64,000 bases of DNA, from NCBI GenBank assembly GCA_041650935.1, contig JBAZKH010000003.1, positions 165,269 to 229,268 on the forward strand, given 5' to 3'. Position numbers and translations under genes: made by a program. Positions within the stretch are counted from its first letter, which is position 1; each line of letters starts with the position of its first letter. This DNA is from Candidatus Omnitrophota bacterium (GTDB lineage Bacteria; Omnitrophota; Gorgyraeia; 2-01-FULL-45-10). This document shows positions 47,405-57,265 of this stretch, one piece after another. The notes beneath the pieces are model-generated. The model was not told where the DNA came from and searched no databases. It was given only the letters and a program-made list of their open reading frames with translations.

Positions 47405-48136
47405 TTACTTCTCCTCATACTCTTTTATTATCTCGATGAAGGCCGCTTCGAGCGTCTTGACGCCGCATTCTTTCTTTATATTATCCGGAAAATCGCAGCG
47501 CAAAAGCTTGCCTTTGTGTATCAGCCCGACCCTGCGGCAGCGCTCGGCCTCGTCAAGATAGCACGTCGAACAGAATATCGTGACCCGCTCTTTGAGAAGT
47601 TCATAGAGTATACCCCAGAAATCCCTGCGCGATACGGGATCGACGCCGTTTGTGGGTTCGTCCAAAAAAAGCACTTTTGGCGTATGTATGAGCGCGCAGG
47701 CCAGGCCGAGTTTCTGCTTCATACCGCCGGAAAGCTTGCCGGCAAGACGCTCCTTGAAAGGCAGGAGCCCCGAAAACCCAAGAAGGCGGTCGATAGCCTC
47801 CGCGCGTTTTTCTTTCGCGACACCGTATACGTCGGCGTAGAAATTTATATTCTCCAGGACGCTCATCTCCTCATACAGTCCAAAGCGCTGGGACATGTAT
47901 GCGATATGCTCCTTAAGGTCTTCGGATTCTTTTACGGTGTGTTTGTCGTAAACCCATGCCTGGCCCGATGTGGGATCGAGTATACCTGTTAAAAGCCGCA
48001 TGGTGGTGGTCTTGCCGGCGCCGTCCGGGCCGACAAGCCCGAATATTTCGCCCTCCTCTACCTGGAGGTTAAGGTTATCGAGAGCCGTAAGTTCCCCGAA
48101 TTTGCGCGTAAGGTTTTCGGCCTTTATCGTAAGCAT
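47405..48136 (-). CDS. ABC ATP-binding protein (YbhF-like half)
   Basis: Walker A GPDGAGKTTT, LSGGMKQK and LFLDEP. Confidence 0.9.
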   Translation of the reverse strand: MLTIKAENLTRKFGELTALDNLNLQVEEGEIFGLVGPDGAGKTTTMRLLTGILDPTSGQAWVYDKHTVKESEDLKEHIAYMSQRFGLYEEMSVLENINFYADVYGVAKEKRAEAIDRLLGFSGLLPFKERLAGKLSGGMKQKLGLACALIHTPKVLFLDEPTNGVDPVSRRDFWGILYELLKERVTIFCSTCYLDEAERCRRVGLIHKGKLLRCDFPDNIKKECGVKTLEAAFIEIIKEYEEK

Positions 48137-49071
48137 TAATTGCCCGCGCCGGCTCGGCCAGTCATGGCATCGGACACAAGCGGAGCCGAAGGATTGATAT
48201 ACGCGTCGGCGGGCATGCCGGGTTTCAGGTCAAGCGATGTGTTGTCCACCCTGACCTTTATCCTGTAGACATATTTGACGCGCTCTTCGGTAGTTTGTAT
48301 ATACTTGGGCGTAAATTCGGTCTGCGGGGAGATAAATGAAACCCAACCTTTATATTTCTTGTTTCTATAGCTGTCGGTCATCACATACGCTTCCTGGTTC
48401 AGTTTTACACGCCCCAGGTCTTTTTCGTCGATGTAGGCGGTAACCCAGATGTCGTTTAAATCTACCGCGGTGAAGACGGGCTCGCCTATCTGGACGACTT
48501 CGCCTTCCTCGGCGCTCCTCACCAGGATGTAGCCGTTAAGGGGCGACCTCAAGTCCGCGAAATCCAGACGGGTTTTTGCAAGCTCCAATTGCGCTTGCAG
48601 CTGCTCGACCCGCGATTTGTCGGTATCGCGTTTCGTCTTGGCAGTATCCCTCTTCTGGGCCGAAATAGCGCCGGCCGTAAAGAGATTTTCGGCCCTGACG
48701 TAGTCAAGCTCATCCAGTTGGAACTGGAATTCGGCAAGCTTTAAAGAGGCTTCGGCGTCCGCTTTTATCTTGGAAAGCTCATCGGTGTTGAGAAGCGCTA
48801 CAGGATCCCCTATTTTCAGCGGGAACCCTTCGTCCACCATGAGTTTCACTATCTGCCCACCGACCCTGAACGATATCCGCACATCATAACCTTCTATGTT
48901 GCCGGAGACCTTGATCGTTTTATTATTTCTAAACTCTTTCTGCAGAAAAAATATCGCGGCGGGGATAGCAAGCGCCGCGGCTAATATTACGATGATCAAA
49001 AATTTTCTATTTTTTTTCTTCGGAATATCCGGAAGCTTGAGTTTCACTTCATTATCAGCCATGATTGTCAC
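48136..49071 (-). CDS. HlyD-family membrane fusion protein (YbhG-like)
   Basis: N-terminal TM, coiled-coil hairpin, and lipoyl/beta-barrel domains. Confidence 0.85.
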   Translation of the reverse strand: MTIMADNEVKLKLPDIPKKKNRKFLIIVILAAALAIPAAIFFLQKEFRNNKTIKVSGNIEGYDVRISFRVGGQIVKLMVDEGFPLKIGDPVALLNTDELSKIKADAEASLKLAEFQFQLDELDYVRAENLFTAGAISAQKRDTAKTKRDTDKSRVEQLQAQLELAKTRLDFADLRSPLNGYILVRSAEEGEVVQIGEPVFTAVDLNDIWVTAYIDEKDLGRVKLNQEAYVMTDSYRNKKYKGWVSFISPQTEFTPKYIQTTEERVKYVYRIKVRVDNTSLDLKPGMPADAYINPSAPLVSDAMTGRAGAGN

Positions 49072-49164
49072 TCCTTAGTATTAGGCCGCCAGCGGCCAGG
49101 CCACCATGTCGCCAGTAAAATTTATCTGGGGACCTGGCAGCCGGTGACTGGCGACCCGCTTTTC

Positions 49165-50496
49165 TCACTCATACGTTTCCCTTCCCATCAAACGATCGAG
49201 CTGGGCCCGGGCGATCAGATAATCGTAGATACCTTCCGCTAAATTTTTTTCGACCTGGCTCAGTGAAACCTGGGAATCCAGGACATCGAGGTTGGTCGTA
49301 ACACCGTTATCGTAACCGATCTCCGATATCTTCAGGGCCTCTTTTGCCTCTACGATACTATCACGCTGGGACTTGATTATCTCATCGGCCTCTTTCATGT
49401 CGAGACACGCCGTTTTGACATCGACCGCCAGCTGGTCGGAAAAATCTTCTCTCGAAAGGCGCGCCTCGCCGTACTTTGCCTTTGCCGCGTCGACCTTCGC
49501 TTTCGTCGACATACCGTCGAATATGGAGAGCCCGACGGTAACACCAACGGCCCAGTTGGAATGGCGGTAATCGAATATCGTCTCCATATTATTGGAGCGG
49601 TAATTATAACCGAAGTTCGCGTCGACCTGCGGGTAGTACCCGCTCTTGGCGTACTCTATCTCCCACTTAGATATATCTATCCCTAAAGTCTTCAGGATCA
49701 TCTCCGGGTTGCTCTTATACGCGTCTTTAAGGGAATCTGCTTCTTTCGCTTCTACCGGATCGCAGGCAAGGTGGCCCGTCAACCGGACATCCTCGTCCAG
49801 CCTCATGCTCATGACCTTCTTGAATTCCGCGCCTATGATCTGGATCGCGTTTCGCGCTTTTACGACTTCGGGTATGATCTTGGAGACCTGGACGCTCGAC
49901 TGCAGGACATCGAACTTCGAAGACGTCCCCTGGTCGAACTTATCCTTAACATCGTCATAGTGGGCTTTTGCCTGGCTAAGAAGGTTTTCCGTTATCCTCT
50001 CCGTCTCATATGCCAGGAGGAGCCCGTAATACAACCGCTTGGTCTCAAACGCAACGTCCAGTTTACGCGCGCGCAGTGTCTCTTCCTGAACCCTCACCCC
50101 GAGCCGCGCCTCTTTCAGATAGGCTATGTCGGCGCCGCCGTTATAGACGGCCTCGTTTACCGAGACGCCGACTTTGTTGTCGTTCGCGTAGCCCGAGAAT
50201 ATCCCGGGATCCTTTTTAGCGCCCCTGGCAAGCGAACCGAGGTTGAATGCATAGCCGTTATATGTATAACCATACTGGGCGGCCAGTTTCGGCCAGAACG
50301 CCGATTTCGCGCCCAACACGTTGGCCTTAGACACTTGAAGCTCCTCTTCCTGTATCTGGATAGCTTTGTTATTTAAGAAAGCTATATTGACAGAGTCTTT
50401 CAGGGAAAGTTCTTTTGGGCTCTCCGCCATCTCTGCGTATAACGATGAGGAGAGAATAAAGGATATGCAAAGCGTTATTATAATTCGTACTATCAT
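49165..50496 (-). CDS. TolC-family outer membrane efflux protein
   Basis: Signal peptide and two OEP repeats. 443 aa. Confidence 0.8.
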   Translation of the reverse strand: MIVRIIITLCISFILSSSLYAEMAESPKELSLKDSVNIAFLNNKAIQIQEEELQVSKANVLGAKSAFWPKLAAQYGYTYNGYAFNLGSLARGAKKDPGIFSGYANDNKVGVSVNEAVYNGGADIAYLKEARLGVRVQEETLRARKLDVAFETKRLYYGLLLAYETERITENLLSQAKAHYDDVKDKFDQGTSSKFDVLQSSVQVSKIIPEVVKARNAIQIIGAEFKKVMSMRLDEDVRLTGHLACDPVEAKEADSLKDAYKSNPEMILKTLGIDISKWEIEYAKSGYYPQVDANFGYNYRSNNMETIFDYRHSNWAVGVTVGLSIFDGMSTKAKVDAAKAKYGEARLSREDFSDQLAVDVKTACLDMKEADEIIKSQRDSIVEAKEALKISEIGYDNGVTTNLDVLDSQVSLSQVEKNLAEGIYDYLIARAQLDRLMGRETYE

Positions 50497-51029
50497 AGCG
50501 CAACAACCTTAGTGACAAGTATCGAGGCCCTTGCCGTGGACGTCTCTTTCTCTTTTAAAGTGATATATATCTTGGTCGTCCGGAAAAGCTCTTTCGACCC
50601 GGCCAGGTCATGCAAAAAGACCACGATCGAGTCCATCCTGCCCTCGACTTCGACTTCTATCAAAAAATATCTATACAGGTCCGTCTGCTTGGGAGGCTGG
50701 GGCTTTATATTACCTATGGCCAGGCCTGATTTGCGGGCCATATTCTCTATCACCTCGAGCAGCTTATTCACCTCTTCGCCGTCGGAATAATTTGCCTTCA
50801 CATACGGCAGGTATTTCCTGTACTCAGCGTCAATATTATCTTTCTGGTTCAGGTTGCGCAGGTTCTGCGCAAGCTGCTGCTCATTCATCCTGGTCTCGGC
50901 GTTGATCTTCCTGAATTTGGACGCTATGGGAGCGGCGACGAACCTGTCTAAAAAAGCAAAGAGGAGGATCGCCACGGCGATCGCTATCCCCGCCCTCTCT
51001 TTTTTCGACATAGTGGCAAAGAAATTCAT
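50493..51029 (-). CDS. PilO/GspM-like inner-membrane assembly protein
   Basis: Single N-terminal TM, coiled coil, and a C-terminal ferredoxin-like region. Position is downstream of PilMN. Confidence 0.5.
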   Translation of the reverse strand: MNFFATMSKKERAGIAIAVAILLFAFLDRFVAAPIASKFRKINAETRMNEQQLAQNLRNLNQKDNIDAEYRKYLPYVKANYSDGEEVNKLLEVIENMARKSGLAIGNIKPQPPKQTDLYRYFLIEVEVEGRMDSIVVFLHDLAGSKELFRTTKIYITLKEKETSTARASILVTKVVAL

Positions 51030-51039
51030 ATTTTTTCCG

Positions 51040-52566
51040 TTACTGTTTTTCGTAAGGACAGACTATCTCGAACTCAACGTACTCCATGTCCTTATCGTTC
51101 TCACGCTCTCTTCTCGAGCGTGTATAGGAGGCTTTGACGCTCGCAAAGAGCTGCGATTCTTCGAGTTTCTTGACGAATTTAAAGACGTCCGACATCGTGA
51201 AACCGCGGCCTTTCAGGACAAGCTGTTTGTTCTCGTCGATATCGATACTGTTCAAAGCTATTTCGGCAGGCACCACTTTATATATCTCCCGGAGGATATT
51301 CAGCGAGGAATTCCTGGTATCGAGCGAACGCTTGACCAGGTCGATCGTCATACGCATCCTGGCAACCTCTTCCGATTCGCCCGATGCCTCAACGGCCCTC
51401 TTCTTAAGCTGGGCAAGATACGTGTTCTTATAGTAAAAACTTATCACTAGGAGAAATGAGAGCGCCATGACAAGAAACGCAAAGAGGACGCCCATCATGG
51501 TGAGCTCCTTACGCTTCCGTTCCATCAGTTTCAATATCCGCTGTTCGGCGGGAGTAAGGTCGAGTGAAAGATCCGCGCCTTTTATCGCCATTCCGATAAG
51601 CGCGGTTATGGAAACGAGCTTCATATCCTGTTCTCTCGCGCGCCTGACGGCATCCTTTATCCTGATATTCCTGAAAGTGTCCGATTTTTCTACCGCTATA
51701 TCGAGCTTATTCGTCAGGATAATATCGACGTCCTCCATATTCCTGGCCGCTCCGGAAAGATAGAGCTTTGTTATCCGCGTATTTTTCTCTTCTATATAAT
51801 AACGCTTAAAACATCTCTCCAGCTCTTCGACGAGCTTATCCCGCCATGATTCCGACGCCTCTGCAAGGTGGTTTGCGCCCAGGAATATGTTCTTCGTGAA
51901 GACCATCTTACCGCCGCGGATCGCGATAAAGTCCGAATAATTCGAATCGACGTCCAGGAACGCCACCGTTTCGGAGACATTCGCCTTGGCGGCCGGGATG
52001 TCCGGCATATATGAAAGGGTGAACCAATCGTAAACGCCTTCGGAGCTTACCGATACTTTCCCTACGCTCACGCCGGCGTTCTTGAGCGCCTCGATCCTGA
52101 CGTCAATAATGTTCCTTTGCGCTATGGCCAGCGTAACTTTCGTGTAACCTTCCCTGTTGCTATAAAGTATCTTGTGGGCGGATACGATCTCTTCCTTGGA
52201 ATACGGGGTCTGCCTGCCGACCTGGAGGTTGATCATGTCGCTTATCTCTTTCGCGTCCGTGGAAGGCAGTTCGAGCACCCTCACCGTTATAAGATGGCGG
52301 GGTATACAAAGTATGACGGATTGCCCGTTCAGGGAAAGGTCTTTGAAGATCTTCCCTATCGCGACCGGTATATCGTCCTTGACCTGCGAAAGCTTTTGCA
52401 ATGCCAGCTTTGTGATCTCGCCGCCGGACGAAGACGGGACGCACTCCGCTATCTTGAGCCAGTCATTGCCTATCTCCACGACAACGACCGACTTTCGCAG
52501 GCTTAATTTACCGATCTTTATTTTGCCGAAAGGCAGTTTAAACATTCCCCGGCCTATTCTTTCCAA
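51040..52566 (-). CDS. PilM-PilN fusion (actin-like ATPase-fold PilM + TM + PilN)
   Basis: N-terminal 350 aa PilM-like, then TM LFAFLVMALSFLLVISF, then a PilN-like C-terminal domain. Confidence 0.7.
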   Translation of the reverse strand: MERIGRGMFKLPFGKIKIGKLSLRKSVVVVEIGNDWLKIAECVPSSSGGEITKLALQKLSQVKDDIPVAIGKIFKDLSLNGQSVILCIPRHLITVRVLELPSTDAKEISDMINLQVGRQTPYSKEEIVSAHKILYSNREGYTKVTLAIAQRNIIDVRIEALKNAGVSVGKVSVSSEGVYDWFTLSYMPDIPAAKANVSETVAFLDVDSNYSDFIAIRGGKMVFTKNIFLGANHLAEASESWRDKLVEELERCFKRYYIEEKNTRITKLYLSGAARNMEDVDIILTNKLDIAVEKSDTFRNIRIKDAVRRAREQDMKLVSITALIGMAIKGADLSLDLTPAEQRILKLMERKRKELTMMGVLFAFLVMALSFLLVISFYYKNTYLAQLKKRAVEASGESEEVARMRMTIDLVKRSLDTRNSSLNILREIYKVVPAEIALNSIDIDENKQLVLKGRGFTMSDVFKFVKKLEESQLFASVKASYTRSRRERENDKDMEYVEFEIVCPYEKQ

Positions 52567-53543
52567 TACCGTATAACTTTATTCTTACGGTCAAAGACAA
52601 AGGCTATCTTTGCCCCGCCGCCTTTTGCGGCGGCGCCGATATTACCCGCGGCTACTCCGCTGAAATTATCCGATTTCACCGATAAGAGGCCCGCCGCGAT
52701 AAGACCGCTTATCTTACCGGAGGCCTCGCCCGATATCGATTCTTTCTTCATCAGGAGCGCCGCTATCCGCGCAGGATCGTCGAATACGTTCTCGGCGGTC
52801 TGCCGGGCATTATCTCCGCGAAAATGGACTATCTTTGCGGCAAGCTCCTCGCTCATACCGATGGCCCGCAGTGCAGGAATACCGGCGGTATTCACGTTAA
52901 CCGCACCGGCGCCGTACAAAGTAAGGCAATCCCTAACTTTAGCGAATACGCCGGCGGTTATACCTTTAATAAGGACCAATTCCTCCAGAGACTCTATCGG
53001 CGCATTTTTTGCCTTGTATGGCCGCTCAAGCGTATCATAATGGAAGGCATCCGCCCCTTCCTTGTCGGCATGGTCCGCAGGACTGCGCCAATTTATGATA
53101 GAAGCGGCTATCTCCTTAGCCTCATCCGCGGGAAGACCGCCCTGTATCTGGAAAATATTCTTCAGGACCTCCTTCGGCGCTTTATTGACGTTGATCTTGC
53201 CCTCTTCATCCGACAGCCCGCATCTTACAACTTTAGCGCCGCCGGCGCCTGTGAAAGGATATACGCTATAGGTCCCGTCACCGAGCCGGACCGCTTTGAA
53301 AGCGGCGGTATTGGCGCCCCATGAATCGGTAAACGCGTCATATTCCTCGGTAGCGTCGTTCTTGATCTCGAAGATAGCTCTCTCAACGCCCGCTTTCGCC
53401 AGATAATAATCCCTGGAACGTTCCGATAATTTCTTCGACAGGTTTATCTGCGCCGTCACGTATCCGCTCATCGCCACCGCAAGCGCGCCCAGGATAAATA
53501 ACGACCACAGGACAATTATGAGGATGCTGCCTTTTCGTTTCAA
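52554..53543 (-). CDS. GspK-like minor pseudopilin
   Basis: N-terminal hydrophobic segment GSILIIVLWSLFILGALAVAM (T2SK-type, no cleavable Phe), plus two helix-hairpin-helix-like domains. About 330 aa. Confidence 0.65.
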   Translation of the reverse strand: MKRKGSILIIVLWSLFILGALAVAMSGYVTAQINLSKKLSERSRDYYLAKAGVERAIFEIKNDATEEYDAFTDSWGANTAAFKAVRLGDGTYSVYPFTGAGGAKVVRCGLSDEEGKINVNKAPKEVLKNIFQIQGGLPADEAKEIAASIINWRSPADHADKEGADAFHYDTLERPYKAKNAPIESLEELVLIKGITAGVFAKVRDCLTLYGAGAVNVNTAGIPALRAIGMSEELAAKIVHFRGDNARQTAENVFDDPARIAALLMKKESISGEASGKISGLIAAGLLSVKSDNFSGVAAGNIGAAAKGGGAKIAFVFDRKNKVIRYWKE

Positions 53544-54289
53544 GTGCTTTTCGCCTTTTTCTCTTTTTTAGCAACCGCCTCCGCGATGCGAAGCGAAACT
53601 GCCAGCGGGAAATATACGGTTCTAGTCAATATGTCTGTCCGCCCGTTATCCTCATACCCTATCTCTATCTTAACGCCGATCGGCGTATAGACCTTTACCT
53701 CCTTCCGCCGCGTAATCTCTTCGGCGGCGGTACCCAATTTAGAGGCGTCGGTGCCTTTCTTATCCTCATCCGCCTCCTTGACCCACGTATCGGCCCATAT
53801 ATAAGTTTCCGTCTTGGGTTCGTAATAATAGTAGCTGAACTTTACGCTGTCCGCGGGGACTATCTGCGTCACAATCCCTTTGCCGGATTCCTCCTGTGTC
53901 GCAGCCGAGTAGTCCTTCTCCTCGCTTACCAGGTAATGGTCATCCACATAATACGAAACACTTCCCGGGGCAAAGGCTTCCTCCGTTCCGGCAAAGCCCG
54001 CCTTAATAAGCGCCGGGAAAGTTACCCGCGTGTTCTCACCCCTGAATTCCAGCTCCGAGATATTACAGGTATTTCTCAGGTCCCGTTCGAGGCCTTCCAG
54101 TGAAAGTAAAATATCTTTTTTCGCATCGCTATAACCGCGGACCCTATCATAAACGTTTATGCCTCCTGCGAAGACGGCAAATATCGCCATAGATACAAGC
54201 CCTGCTATAGCAGCGGTAATGAGAAGCTCTATAAGTGTAAATCCACGGCCGATTTTCAATTTCCGTTTTTTATTCCGCATATTTCCCAA
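53540..54289 (-). CDS. Minor pseudopilin (prepilin-type N-terminal methylation domain; GspJ-like)
   Basis: GFTLIELLITAAIAGL. Confidence 0.7.
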   Translation of the reverse strand: MGNMRNKKRKLKIGRGFTLIELLITAAIAGLVSMAIFAVFAGGINVYDRVRGYSDAKKDILLSLEGLERDLRNTCNISELEFRGENTRVTFPALIKAGFAGTEEAFAPGSVSYYVDDHYLVSEEKDYSAATQEESGKGIVTQIVPADSVKFSYYYYEPKTETYIWADTWVKEADEDKKGTDASKLGTAAEEITRRKEVKVYTPIGVKIEIGYEDNGRTDILTRTVYFPLAVSLRIAEAVAKKEKKAKST

Positions 54290-54731
54290 GATAGGTATAT
54301 AAACTCAAATTTCGGGCGGACGGCGCGGCGCCGGAGCTTACCACAACAGAGATCTGGCATAACGTCTCTTTAATCTCATTCTCCGCGCCCTTAACCCCTG
54401 CCTTCTTCTCCGATTTATCGGCTTCTTTCATTACATCGCTTACCTCTGTCTTCCACCTGTACGCCGGATAATCTTCTCCGAATAAACCGTTACGCACACC
54501 GGAGGATGGCCCTAAATTTTCGATCGCCTCTTTCTCGATATCGGCCATCCTGTCCTTCAAAAGATAGACGGAATCTACGGTAAACCCCGACGCCGTAATA
54601 CCGTTCATAAGGGATATATAAGCGCTGATTACCCCCACCATACCTACGGCAAGTATCGTTACGGCAACGAGGACCTCGACCAGTGTAAAACCGTATCTAT
54701 TATTTGCCGCTCCAGTTCGTAATATCGTCAT
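54270..54731 (-). CDS. Minor pseudopilin (GspH/I-like)
   Basis: GFTLVEVLVAVTILAVG. Confidence 0.7.
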   Translation of the reverse strand: MTILRTGAANNRYGFTLVEVLVAVTILAVGMVGVISAYISLMNGITASGFTVDSVYLLKDRMADIEKEAIENLGPSSGVRNGLFGEDYPAYRWKTEVSDVMKEADKSEKKAGVKGAENEIKETLCQISVVVSSGAAPSARNLSLYTYLGKYAE

Positions 54732-55134
54732 CGGTTCCTTCCGCGCTGTCTTTGCCGATCGAATAGAGATCGTAGCTGGTTTTGTTATTCGTGCCGGGAG
54801 ATCTGTATTTATAGGTATTCCCCCAGGGATCTACAGGCTGTTTCTCAAGATACGGCCCGTTCCAGTTGCGCGGGACAGGCTCCGACGACGGCTTTTCGAT
54901 AAGTGCGGCCAGACCCTGTTCGGTCGTTGGGAAATTCCCGTTATCCAGCTGGTATAGTTTAAGCGCTGTGGCTATATTGGCATTTATATCCGACTGGGCA
55001 ACGGCCACTTTTGCCTGCTCGGCCCTGCCTGACAGGCGCGGGACGATCATAGCGGCAAGCGCGGCAATTATTATTACCACGATCATGAGTTCAATAAGAG
55101 TAAACGCCATTCTCCTCATAACTTTACCCTCCAT
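54700..55134 (-). CDS. gspG: Major pseudopilin GspG
   Basis: AFTLIELMIVVIIIAALAAMIVPRL...QAKVAVAQSDI...LYQLDNGNFPTTEQGL...W.DPWGN.Y.Y, the classic GspG. The true start is probably MRRMAF. Confidence 0.9.
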   Translation of the reverse strand: MEGKVMRRMAFTLIELMIVVIIIAALAAMIVPRLSGRAEQAKVAVAQSDINANIATALKLYQLDNGNFPTTEQGLAALIEKPSSEPVPRNWNGPYLEKQPVDPWGNTYKYRSPGTNNKTSYDLYSIGKDSAEGTDDDITNWSGK

Positions 55135-55948
55135 AGTATTTTAACCATTCCTTCTCAAGCTCGTCCACATTCCGGACGGCATCCGAATAGACGGCGGAAA
55201 GCGCCGCATTCACCGTATCCCCGTCTCTCAGCTGGCGGCAGAAGAGCGTGAAACGCGACTGGCCGTGCTGCTTGATCAAAAAACCGACTATCGTAACCGC
55301 TTCGACATAGAACTTAAGCGATACTTCCGAATCGCTGACTTCCGCTACATTCATCTGCATCAAATGCGACAGCGGTATTATATCTTTTTTGGCTATGAGT
55401 ACTTTTAGCGCGTCTACAGCCGCCCTTCTCTTGTCCTCCTCTTCCCACTGCGCCACTCCTTCGTCGAGCCATATCGGCACCTCTCCTTTAAAACCCACGA
55501 AATCTCTGAATACGAGATGAGTCAACTCGTGAGGCAGGAGCGTATTAAGGAACCGCTCGCTGTGGGCATAACTTACTATAGCCTTTGCCCCGTAAGAGGC
55601 GAGGCCGTAAGACCATTCCTTGGCGCCGGTAGCTCTGATATATTCGTCACGGGTGCGGTATATAAATATCTTTGCGCGGTTATCCCACGTCCAGAAGTTG
55701 TCATACCTGACGTAACCCAGGTCGGCGGCTATCTTGCTATAATATTGCTCGGCCCTGCGGGAAACCTCCGAGGCGAAATTTTCGTCTTCGATATAATTTA
55801 CTATGAAATGCTCGCTCTTTATCTCCCTCCATCCCTCCACAGCGTTCGCGAAACAGTGCGTGAACAAAAGAAGGCAGAATAAAATAGCGCATAGTGGATA
55901 GTGAAGGGTGAGGAGCCTCGTAATTACCCGGTCTTTTTCACTATGCAC
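55124..55948 (-). CDS. Secreted HExxH gluzincin-like protein embedded in the secretion operon
   Basis: Signal peptide. HELTHLVF with Glu at +19 and +27 (GEVP, DEG). No closer family assignment possible. Confidence 0.4.
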   Translation of the reverse strand: MHSEKDRVITRLLTLHYPLCAILFCLLLFTHCFANAVEGWREIKSEHFIVNYIEDENFASEVSRRAEQYYSKIAADLGYVRYDNFWTWDNRAKIFIYRTRDEYIRATGAKEWSYGLASYGAKAIVSYAHSERFLNTLLPHELTHLVFRDFVGFKGEVPIWLDEGVAQWEEEDKRRAAVDALKVLIAKKDIIPLSHLMQMNVAEVSDSEVSLKFYVEAVTIVGFLIKQHGQSRFTLFCRQLRDGDTVNAALSAVYSDAVRNVDELEKEWLKYYGG

Positions 55949-55981
55949 TATCCACTCTCCACTATTACACTATACACTTTT

Positions 55982-57244
55982 TTATCGTGCCATCATCCCG
56001 ATGTTGAAGACGGGCAAGAGCATGGCGAATACTATGAAACCGACGACCGCGCCGACCGTTAGTATAAGCAGCGGCTCTAAAAGGGATGACATTATCTTTA
56101 TCGACTGGTCGACTTCTCTTTCGTAAACGACGGCGATGTCTTCCAACGCCTCGACCAGCCTGCCCGACTGCTCACCAACCGCTATCATGTTTAGCGTAAA
56201 GTCAGGGAAGACGCCCGTTCTCTTGAAACTCTCGGAAAGCGACAACCCCTGCTCGACGATACCTTTTCCCGCCGCTTTTATGGACCCTTTCAACGCATCG
56301 TTATCGACGGTGTCGGCGGCAAGGGCAAGGCTCTCATAGATAGGAAGGCCGTTTTTGATAAGTATGCCGAGCGACCTGGCAAATCTCGATATCTGGGTGT
56401 TGCGCGTAAATTTTTGCATGAAAGGCAGGCGTAATTTTATGGCATCGAAGAGCATCTTCCTCTTCGACCCTCTCTTCACCCCGCCTAACATAACGGCGAG
56501 GCACATTACGACTATTAAAAAGAGATACCAGTGTTTCGACATAAAATCGGTCACACCCATCAATATCTTGGTCGGCAGGGGCAGCTGCTGTTTCATGCCT
56601 TTGAATATAGCCGTCAACTTCGGTAGAAAATAGGTGAGCATGACATATATGGTTACTACTCCGACGGTGATAACGAGGATGGGGTAAGCGAGAGCGGCCT
56701 GTATCTTCTGCCTCAGCTCCTGTTCACGCTCACGATGGTCCGCCAGGCGGAAGAGCGCCTGGTCGAGGGTGCCGCTCTTTTCACCGGCCCGGACAAGGCT
56801 CAGGTACATATTGTTGAATATATCGGGGAAAACCGCCATCGATTCCGAGAGCATCTTACCGTCTTTTACCGACCGCGCCATGTCGGCAACGACAGCTTTA
56901 AGCGTCTTACTCTCCGTCTGCTGCGCAAGAAGCGCCAGCCCCTGGAGTATGGGTATGCCCGATTTGACGAGACTCGCCAGCTGGCGGGTAAACGTATCGA
57001 GATCCCTGGACTTTACTTTTTTCGAATAAATACCCGGCGGGCGGGATGACTGTTCGGGCGCGGCCCTACCGGCCGGAGAGGCCTCTCCTTCTTTGCGGGC
57101 ATGGCCAACCGTCGCTTCTATCTTTATCGGGACAAGCCCCATATGCTCGAGTCGCGTAAAGACCTCGGCCTGGGTCCTGGCCTCTATCTCGCCGGTCACC
57201 AGCTGTGTGGGTCCGCGCTTGGCATGATAAATGAATACAGGCAC
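55982..57244 (-). CDS. gspF: GspF/PilC-family inner membrane platform protein
   Basis: Two T2SSF repeats and three TM helices. 420 aa. Confidence 0.9.
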   Translation of the reverse strand: MPVFIYHAKRGPTQLVTGEIEARTQAEVFTRLEHMGLVPIKIEATVGHARKEGEASPAGRAAPEQSSRPPGIYSKKVKSRDLDTFTRQLASLVKSGIPILQGLALLAQQTESKTLKAVVADMARSVKDGKMLSESMAVFPDIFNNMYLSLVRAGEKSGTLDQALFRLADHREREQELRQKIQAALAYPILVITVGVVTIYVMLTYFLPKLTAIFKGMKQQLPLPTKILMGVTDFMSKHWYLFLIVVMCLAVMLGGVKRGSKRKMLFDAIKLRLPFMQKFTRNTQISRFARSLGILIKNGLPIYESLALAADTVDNDALKGSIKAAGKGIVEQGLSLSESFKRTGVFPDFTLNMIAVGEQSGRLVEALEDIAVVYEREVDQSIKIMSSLLEPLLILTVGAVVGFIVFAMLLPVFNIGMMAR

Positions 57245-57265
57245 GATCTTCCTATCTTTAAAAAA